This document shows, one piece after another, positions 50,310 to 57,389 of a DNA stretch of 57,389 nucleotides. Numbering within the stretch: the stretch's first letter is position 1; each line of letters opens with the position of its first letter. The notes beneath the pieces are model-generated. The model did no database searches, was not told the origin of the DNA, and was given only the letters and a program-made list of their open reading frames with translations. Source of the stretch: an uncultured Gammaproteobacteria bacterium (GTDB lineage Bacteria > Patescibacteriota > Patescibacteriia > Patescibacteriales > UBA12465); assembly GCA_964588465.1 (NCBI GenBank), contig CAZPPL010000005.1:2966-60354 (forward strand), read 5' to 3'. The translations under genes and the position numbers were made by a program.

Positions 50310-51506
50310 TCAACATTTTTTATCTTCTATTTTATCTAATACTACCACTTCCCTATAAACTTTCTGCCCCGGGCGACCATATATAATAGTATTACGGTTG
50401 GTACTTTTAATGAATTTATTAATAATTAAATCTTTTGGTAAAAGACTAACAATTTTAAATCCACTATAATTTGGACTAATCGGACGATACCCATAAAACA
50501 TGGGCCAAATCATAACCACTCGCCCTGTTGGCTTTAATACTTTCCAAAATTCTTTTAAAGCTTGGGAATATAAAATTTCTAAATTATGAGCTACTAAAGT
50601 AAAATCTATCTGACCACGTTGTGGGCCAAGAAAAGGTTCAGTTATAATAGCAGTAGCCAAATTAGCTTTAATAAACTTAGATAAATTTTCTACTTTTTTA
50701 GTATGAAGTTTTAATTTAAATCCTTCAAGTTTATATAAACCTTTAAGCCAATTAACATTTTTATAAGTATTCTCTATAGCTTGAGAAGAAATATCAGATC
50801 CGAATAAATTATTATAGCCTAATAGAGTGGCCTCACTAAGAATTGTTCCAGAACCACAGAAAGGATCAATAATAACAGAGTTTTTATCCACGACTTGAGC
50901 TAAATTAATCATAATTTGGGCTAATTTTGGCGGTAGCATACCTGAAAAATGATCACGAGCTGGACGACCATAGTCCCGTAATGATAAATCTTTAAAGGGT
51001 TGAACAGCTAGAGTCTCTCCTACTATAACCTTTCCCTCATGGCTGGCTAAAATAATCTCTATCCCTTTGCCAAGCAATTTATTCTGGGTTACTACTACAC
51101 TAGATAAATTTTTTTCTCTACTAACCACTAAACGAGTATTAATACCTTTCTCTTTGAAAAAAAATTTTAACTTTAGCCCTAACTTCCTTTTATTAAAATT
51201 ATGTTGACCATAGTCTGAAAAACCAAAATTGAATTTTCCTCCAGAGATATTTGACTGTTTGGCTCTAATTAATTTAGCTATTTCTTTTTCCAAAATTGCT
51301 TCATTATTATCAAGCTCTAAGACAACTCTACCGATCTTTATCACTCCACCTAAACGCCGAATTAAATTCTGCGGATTTATTTCTTGGTCGCTATCAATAA
51401 CTAAAAGGTCTTTAGCTAATAAATAGTAGTGTTTAGTATATAAAACCGAAAGAATTTCAGCTACTGATAGGCTAGTATTATTACCTAATACAAAAAAATA
51501 CTTCAT
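50310..51506 (-). CDS. Trm11/TrmG10-like SAM-dependent RNA methyltransferase
   Basis: GMLPPKLAQIMINL, DPFCGSGT, ITEPFLG. Confidence 0.75.
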   Translation of the reverse strand: MKYFFVLGNNTSLSVAEILSVLYTKHYYLLAKDLLVIDSDQEINPQNLIRRLGGVIKIGRVVLELDNNEAILEKEIAKLIRAKQSNISGGKFNFGFSDYGQHNFNKRKLGLKLKFFFKEKGINTRLVVSREKNLSSVVVTQNKLLGKGIEIILASHEGKVIVGETLAVQPFKDLSLRDYGRPARDHFSGMLPPKLAQIMINLAQVVDKNSVIIDPFCGSGTILSEATLLGYNNLFGSDISSQAIENTYKNVNWLKGLYKLEGFKLKLHTKKVENLSKFIKANLATAIITEPFLGPQRGQIDFTLVAHNLEILYSQALKEFWKVLKPTGRVVMIWPMFYGYRPISPNYSGFKIVSLLPKDLIINKFIKSTNRNTIIYGRPGQKVYREVVVLDKIEDKKC

Positions 51507-51552
51507 ATATCCTATAATATTCTAGACGAACTACTACGGTGATACTTCCGAA

Positions 51553-52269
51553 CTAGAACTCTAAATATCCACATTTAAACTTGACATTAAGGCTGTCAGA
51601 TACAGGAACTACAACTGATTTATCATTCATCCTCATTTCCCGATAACGAAAATCTAAAGTACAAGCTAATTTATTATAATAATAACCACGTAATCCTCCC
51701 GATATACCATTAACAGTATTCAATTTATCTAATTTAGCTATGGAATCTAGATAGCTTTCTAAACTACGGATTCTAGCCAATTTCACCCCGCTAACCCCAT
51801 AAATTTCGCCTTGAACAGTTTTATCACTAAGAATCCCACTTTTAGATTTTAGATTCCAGATAAAATTGGTTTTTCCCTCATCGGTGAATGCTATTCCAGC
51901 ATTCTTCTCCAATTTTTGGACTAATTTTGAAGTAGCGTCACGACAAAATTCTAGTTTAGGGTTTAAACATTTTTGCTGGGCTACACACCAAGTCTCTTCG
52001 GGATAGAGAATACATTTTTTTTCATTCTTTTTTACCAATATTTTATTATTCTCTAATATCGATCGTTTAGAGAACGAATGTAGTGTATAATATATTCCAA
52101 AAAATAAGAGTAAAACAACGACTAGAGCAATTAAAATATGTCTATATTTAAACCAAATGACTTTCACTATACTCTTAGACTTATGAACTTTTACTGCTGT
52201 AAAAAATAATCTTATAATTTTATTTTTTGCTAGTCTTAATAGAATGTTTTTAGAATTAACCTTTTTCAT
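51553..52269 (-). CDS. Membrane-anchored hypothetical protein with a small Cys motif
   Basis: Single TM; C.......WC...QKCL.....C. Confidence 0.65.
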   Translation of the reverse strand: MKKVNSKNILLRLAKNKIIRLFFTAVKVHKSKSIVKVIWFKYRHILIALVVVLLLFFGIYYTLHSFSKRSILENNKILVKKNEKKCILYPEETWCVAQQKCLNPKLEFCRDATSKLVQKLEKNAGIAFTDEGKTNFIWNLKSKSGILSDKTVQGEIYGVSGVKLARIRSLESYLDSIAKLDKLNTVNGISGGLRGYYYNKLACTLDFRYREMRMNDKSVVVPVSDSLNVKFKCGYLEF

Positions 52270-52278
52270 AAATATACT

Positions 52279-53481
52279 TTATTTATAACGCAAAGCCACT
52301 AGTGGATTAAGTTTCGCAGCTTTAATGGAAGGAAATATTCCGGTTAATAGACCAATCAAGGTAGAAAATATAATAATAAAATAAATAAACCAAATTGGAT
52401 AATAAAATAAATTTAAGGCCTTACCTCCAAAGGTTTGAGCTAATAAATTAATGCCACCGTTAACTAGAAAGCCTCCCACATAACCCATAATAACACCACC
52501 AACACCTCCTAGAAACCCCATAATTAAGGATTCAGTTAAAAACATTAATTTAATATCTTTTTTAGTAATACCAATAGCACGCATAATGCCAATCTCATTA
52601 ATTCTCTCTAACAAGGTAATAGTCATAGTATTAACCATGCCAATAGAAGAAACTATTAAAGCAATCAACCCAAAAATTGCTAAAACTAACTGGATAACTT
52701 GAAATATCTTATTAGTCTGATCAATAATATTAGACAAAGAAGAGACTAGAAATCCTTGATCAATAATTTTATTTCTAACAGCATTGACATATTTAGCTTC
52801 AGAAATCTTAATTTTTAGTTGATCAAAAGTATTGAGATGGAGATCTTTTACGCTAGCAGATGGGAAATATATATAATTAGAACTATTATCATTAATTACC
52901 CCAATAATATGAAAAGGGCCTTTTCGTTTAGATACGATAATATGGCCATTCCCAGTTGAAGTGGTTTTACCGGGAATGAATAAAGAAACTTGGGCGTTCC
53001 TACCCACAATATCTTTAGAATTAAGACCAAAAAGCATGGCTCCAGCCGAAGATATGACTACTCCAGATAAATTATTACTAGTCGGTAATTCCCCATAGTT
53101 CACCTTTTGTCCGCTTAACTTAAAATAATTACTATCAACCACATTTGCTACCGTCGTTCCGGTAAAACCATTGACAGTAACCTGAGCATTAAAACTAACA
53201 ATAGGACTGACAAATTGAACGTTAGGAATTTTAGAAATTTGGTTAATATTCTTTTGAGTAATAGTAACCGCATTCCCTGGACCAGGAGTAACATCCAAAC
53301 TCAACAAAGAATCAGCAGAGGTAATATTACTTAATACTACTCGCTGTAAACCATAGCCTAAGGACACTAAAAACAAGACTGCGCCAATTCCGATACTCAA
53401 ACCCAAAATTGTCAAAAAAGTTCTCATCGGATTAGTCCGAAACATCCTGGTGGATAAAGATAAAATATCTAATAATTTCAT
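52279..53481 (-). CDS. MacB/FtsX-like ABC transporter permease
   Basis: RTFLTILGLSIGI, periplasmic domain, ER..EIGIMRAIG, P..KAAKLNP..ALRY. Confidence 0.92.
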   Translation of the reverse strand: MKLLDILSLSTRMFRTNPMRTFLTILGLSIGIGAVLFLVSLGYGLQRVVLSNITSADSLLSLDVTPGPGNAVTITQKNINQISKIPNVQFVSPIVSFNAQVTVNGFTGTTVANVVDSNYFKLSGQKVNYGELPTSNNLSGVVISSAGAMLFGLNSKDIVGRNAQVSLFIPGKTTSTGNGHIIVSKRKGPFHIIGVINDNSSNYIYFPSASVKDLHLNTFDQLKIKISEAKYVNAVRNKIIDQGFLVSSLSNIIDQTNKIFQVIQLVLAIFGLIALIVSSIGMVNTMTITLLERINEIGIMRAIGITKKDIKLMFLTESLIMGFLGGVGGVIMGYVGGFLVNGGINLLAQTFGGKALNLFYYPIWFIYFIIIFSTLIGLLTGIFPSIKAAKLNPLVALRYK

Positions 53482-53484
53482 AAC

Positions 53485-54867
53485 TTAAATTCTATTATTA
53501 TAACGGCCCAATATTAAGAGCTCTAAACGATTACTTATTTTATTAGCTTTTCTAATATTTATGCCTACGCCACCCTGAGAAATTGATTTATTTATAAATT
53601 GCCGTAAATCATTTTTATTAATTTGAACCTGTAAGCGATTTTTAATACTTTCATTAAATCGTTGCCTAATATCTTCATTCGTAAACTTAATCTTAAATTC
53701 ATCTTCTAGATATAATCTAGCTTGTAGGGCCATATCATTAAAATCATAAACTTCCATTTCTTTTTCCTGGTGACTTAAAAGTTCAATCCGCTTAACAATA
53801 TCCTTAATCTTCCGAGTTATATTACGAGCGGTTCGTCGATCTAAACCAAGTCCACCCCGTTTAATACTATCATCTAAATAATGGAACATTTTATCTTTAT
53901 CATTTATTCCAAAAACTAATAATCTTCTGACATATAAATTAATAGAACTTAATTCAATAGAACTCATTTTAGTCAAGACTTCTAAAATAATCTCTTTGGC
54001 TTTCAGCTCAATTAATTGGTCAGTGGCAGGATTTGAAACTAATCCTACATAAGATTCTTTCAATAATCTAAAACCTTTCACAATCGGACCAATATCTTCT
54101 GGAAGCGATTTGTCTCCCTTTTTATTAGCAACAGGGGCTTCTTTCCTTATAAATTTTTCCCCGATTGATCGATTTTTTTGGACACTAACTAGCTCACCAT
54201 CTTTCATAAAAAAGACTCTATTGGCAATATCTAAATTCGCTGGATTATGAGTAACTAAAATAATAGTCTTGTGTTGTTCTTCGTTCAACTCACTAAACAA
54301 ATTCAAAACATCTCCTGATGATTTAGAGTCTAAATTACCAGTTGGCTCATCAGCTAATAAAACTTCGGGATTATTAATTAGAGCCCGACTAATAGCTACT
54401 CGCTGTTGTTGTCCTCCTGACAATTCTCCTGGAAAACGATTAATCTCTCGTTCTAGTCCAAATTTTTTTAAGAGATTAAAGGCCCGAAGCTTCCTTTCGT
54501 GATTACTAATTTTATTATTTGATACTTGGGGCAAAATTACATTTTTTAAAACTGACAATGAACTAATTAAATAGTAGGCCTGAAAAATCATACCAATCTT
54601 TTGTTGGTGAAAATATTCTAATTCTTTAACTTCTAACTGACTAATATTCTGATTACTAATAAATATTTCACCACTAATATTAGTTTCGAGTCCAGAAATA
54701 GAATATAGTAAAGTTGATTTTCCACAACCTGAAGGCCCGAAAAAAATAACAAATTCTCCAGGAAAAATCTCTAAATTTATATTTTTCAGAGAGTGCATCT
54801 CATTCGGTTTACCTTTAAAATAAGTAACGCTCAAATTATGAATTTTAATTATTGGTTTAGTGTCCAT
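53485..54867 (-). CDS. MacB/LolD-like ABC ATPase with long C-terminal extension
   Basis: GPSGCGKST, LSGGQQQRVAI, LLADEPTGNLD, VTH; about 220 extra C-terminal residues. Confidence 0.92.
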   Translation of the reverse strand: MDTKPIIKIHNLSVTYFKGKPNEMHSLKNINLEIFPGEFVIFFGPSGCGKSTLLYSISGLETNISGEIFISNQNISQLEVKELEYFHQQKIGMIFQAYYLISSLSVLKNVILPQVSNNKISNHERKLRAFNLLKKFGLEREINRFPGELSGGQQQRVAISRALINNPEVLLADEPTGNLDSKSSGDVLNLFSELNEEQHKTIILVTHNPANLDIANRVFFMKDGELVSVQKNRSIGEKFIRKEAPVANKKGDKSLPEDIGPIVKGFRLLKESYVGLVSNPATDQLIELKAKEIILEVLTKMSSIELSSINLYVRRLLVFGINDKDKMFHYLDDSIKRGGLGLDRRTARNITRKIKDIVKRIELLSHQEKEMEVYDFNDMALQARLYLEDEFKIKFTNEDIRQRFNESIKNRLQVQINKNDLRQFINKSISQGGVGINIRKANKISNRLELLILGRYNNRI

Positions 54868-54880
54868 AATAATTATTTAT

Positions 54881-57389
54881 TTATTTATTTATCTGCCTGA
54901 CCCAACCAAACATTCCAGCAAAATTTTTAGCTATCACTTGAAAAACTGAATCTTCTTGTTGAGGTGTAAGAATAGTATAAATTTTGGAGAAGGAAGTCTT
55001 ACCGTTATAATCAATACTCTTAGTTCTAAAACTATAAATTGATCCAGGTTCGAAAGTTGTTATCACTACAATATGCTTAGTGGTATAATTATCATCTAGG
55101 CTGGTAGACTGGGATAATACATCACCGGATTTAGCTACTCCCTTCTTATAATAAACCCGACTAGTAGAAGGCTCATTGGTTCGCCAAGAGATAACAGTTT
55201 GAATTCTCAAATTTTTCCCTGGAGAAATAGCAGAAATAGTTTGAACTTGATTAATATTAGGAGCGACACCTACTTTATTAGTAAAAAAATGATCAATAAC
55301 CTGTTTAACCACAGCATTAGAAGCGTCTTCACTGCTTAAAACTACTCGATAAGCTACCCCAGGAGTCAAATTATTCAGAACAATATTATGAATAGTTGCG
55401 AGGGTTTTATCAAACTTCTTCTCAGTATGGGTTGGATCTAATTTATTATTTTTATAAGGAGTATAAGAGACGGTAGCGCTAGTATTAGCATTAGTAACCC
55501 ACCTAAAAGAAGCTGAATTAGGAGTAACCTTGGTAATATCATATTTTTGAATTCCTAAAGACTCTGATTTAGTTTTAAAAGTAAAATCATTTGATATGGC
55601 CGCAGCGCCCACCGACGGTTTACTCCTCAACTGATAATGATAAAGTGTATCGGGGCTTAGACCTCTAATAGTTACACTATGGCTAGTAACTACTTCGGTA
55701 GAATTACCCACCACTTGTATATATGGACTAGGATCAGAACTATTATATAGATTAGCAGGAGAAAAGGCAACCAAAGAATTAGAATTTTTATCAGTTTTCC
55801 AACCGATAGTGGCGCTTCGGTCAGTTGTGACTACTAACGGACTACCACTCATAATAGGAACTGGAAGTAATTTAGCTAGTTCATCAATAGAATTCTGCTG
55901 ATTATTAAGAGAAGAAGAAATGAGATTCAGAGAAACCCGAGAAACACTGCTTCTAATTACTCCAACCATTTTCTGAATGGCTTGATTAGCTAAATTAAAA
56001 AAATTTTGAGCACGAGAAATCTGAGTAGAAATTATATTACTACTAGAACTAGCACTGATTTTATTCTTAGGACTGACAGTCAATTCTTGTTTTAAAGAAA
56101 GTGTTGAGAAAGTCTTATCACTAGTTTCTGAATAATTACCACTAGCATCCACCGAGCTCACATTGTAATGATATTGAGTACCGGACTGTAGATTGTTCAA
56201 TATGGTTTTATGATTCATCACCCTAGTCCTTTGCCCAGAAACAGCACCATAGGATGAGCTGATCCCAAATTGAACATAACCATCAGCATTCTCGTTTGTT
56301 AACCAAGAAACCGTAGCCGAACGATTAGTTATATTAGAAACGACTACTTTAGTTATAAGTGGGGGGATTCTATCAACCTTATTAATAATTAAGACTCCAC
56401 CTCCGCCACCGCTTGCCGCTCCAGCAGCTTTAGCTAAAGCTACTTTCTGTTGGACGGCTGCTTCGCCAATCAAAGGTTCAGAAGTCGTAAAAAATCCTTC
56501 ACTACTGGTGGCCACCCGATTAGAGTCAGTAGCCTTAATTTTATAATAATACTTAGTACTAGGAAGCAACGAGGATATAGCTATGGCATGAGTTTTATTA
56601 AAATTATTATCTAGGATACTAGAATCTAAATTTAACTGATCAACCCCATATTCTAGAGTAGAAGTAGTTAATCGATTAGTATTCCAATTTATAATGGCAA
56701 TAGTATCTAGCACTGGGGAACTGGATACTGAACTAATAACTGGCAAAGTGTAATCCGTGCTATCGGTAGTAGCAAATACAATATCATTGGAAACCATAGT
56801 ATTGCCACTAGCATCAGTATCACCTAATTGAATATGATATTGAGTTCCTTTAGTGAGACCAGTAAGCTCATAAGTATGGTTAATATTTAAATTATTATTA
56901 GAAAGAGTGGCACCATAACTAGTATTTAGACCATAAGAAAGAGTGGAAGTGGCTAGTTCATTAGTGGTCCAAGAAATAGTGGCCGTAGTATCAGTAATAT
57001 TAGTTATACCTGTAGAAGTAGCGAAAGTAATCACTGGGGGAGTGTAATCATCAGTATTAATAGTAGAAAAAGTATAATCGGTAGAAGTAGCAGTATTACC
57101 ACTAGCATCAGTATTTATTAAACGAAAATGATATAGAGTGCTTTTAACGAGCCCATTCAAAACATGTTTATGTCCAGAATTTAAATTGTTACTAATACTA
57201 GAAGAGGCATAACTAGTATCAGTGCTATACTCGACTTTTGAACTAGCTGGTTCGTTGGTGGTCCAAGAAATAGTAGCGGTAGTATTAGCAATATTGGTAA
57301 TATCTGTTGAAGTGGCGAAAGTAACTACTGGGGGAGTGTAATCCGTGCTATCGGTAGTAGCAAATACAATATCATTGGAAACCATAGTA
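54881..57389 (-). CDS. Large FN3-like repeat surface protein (5' end beyond the window)
   Basis: Repeated ~98-aa modules TATISWTTNE...Y...H...L.GL...T.Y; frame open to the right edge. Confidence 0.85.
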   Translation of the reverse strand, partial: TMVSNDIVFATTDSTDYTPPVVTFATSTDITNIANTTATISWTTNEPASSKVEYSTDTSYASSSISNNLNSGHKHVLNGLVKSTLYHFRLINTDASGNTATSTDYTFSTINTDDYTPPVITFATSTGITNITDTTATISWTTNELATSTLSYGLNTSYGATLSNNNLNINHTYELTGLTKGTQYHIQLGDTDASGNTMVSNDIVFATTDSTDYTLPVISSVSSSPVLDTIAIINWNTNRLTTSTLEYGVDQLNLDSSILDNNFNKTHAIAISSLLPSTKYYYKIKATDSNRVATSSEGFFTTSEPLIGEAAVQQKVALAKAAGAASGGGGGVLIINKVDRIPPLITKVVVSNITNRSATVSWLTNENADGYVQFGISSSYGAVSGQRTRVMNHKTILNNLQSGTQYHYNVSSVDASGNYSETSDKTFSTLSLKQELTVSPKNKISASSSSNIISTQISRAQNFFNLANQAIQKMVGVIRSSVSRVSLNLISSSLNNQQNSIDELAKLLPVPIMSGSPLVVTTDRSATIGWKTDKNSNSLVAFSPANLYNSSDPSPYIQVVGNSTEVVTSHSVTIRGLSPDTLYHYQLRSKPSVGAAAISNDFTFKTKSESLGIQKYDITKVTPNSASFRWVTNANTSATVSYTPYKNNKLDPTHTEKKFDKTLATIHNIVLNNLTPGVAYRVVLSSEDASNAVVKQVIDHFFTNKVGVAPNINQVQTISAISPGKNLRIQTVISWRTNEPSTSRVYYKKGVAKSGDVLSQSTSLDDNYTTKHIVVITTFEPGSIYSFRTKSIDYNGKTSFSKIYTILTPQQEDSVFQVIAKNFAGMFGWVRQINK
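56747..57389. repeat. Identical 55-nt direct repeat (56747-56801 and 57335-57389), 588-nt offset
   Basis: agtgtaatccgtgctatcggtagtagcaaatacaatatcattggaaaccatagta is present twice. Confidence 0.9.

Noticed and set aside
515-57389. Alternative genetic code (TGA=Gly, code 25)
   Set aside because: Conserved genes read through without internal TGA, and TGA ends genes such as ruvB and arsR at expected positions

Overview
AT-rich bacterial chromosome segment read in standard code 11 (TGA is used as a stop). The gene content and style suggest a Patescibacteria/CPR (Parcubacteria/ABY1-like) genome; this is inference from pilin-headed giant surface proteins, an alpha2 glycyl-tRNA synthetase, a stand-alone ComEC-type MBL domain and mostly SD-less genes. 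From left to right it holds: (1) giant Cys-rich surface proteins, two of them with a VirB2/TrbC-like pilin N-terminus; (2) housekeeping and recombination genes (rel, rpsU, hisS-like, lepB, queA, ruvB, UvrD-nuclease fusion, M16 peptidase, radC, rmuC, gyrA, ndk, glyS, argS, tyrS); (3) a 39-aa histone-H1-like peptide missed by the ORF track; (4) a four-gene + strand unit of membrane protein, tandem double PilB/GspE ATPase, translin/TRAX-family protein and phosphoesterase; (5) a short UvrA, phospholipase D and patatin; (6) four tRNAs, two of which flank an ArsR-merA-redoxin-CC membrane protein cassette; (7) tsaD, a promoter-driven ~300-nt structured non-coding transcript preceded by DnaA-box-like sites, and ychF; (8) an FN3-repeat surface protein with a MacB-like ABC pair. 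Top leads are the double-PilB/translin unit, the candidate ncRNA, the non-canonical mer cassette and the pilin-fused adhesins. No CRISPR array, rRNA, integrase or transposase was seen.
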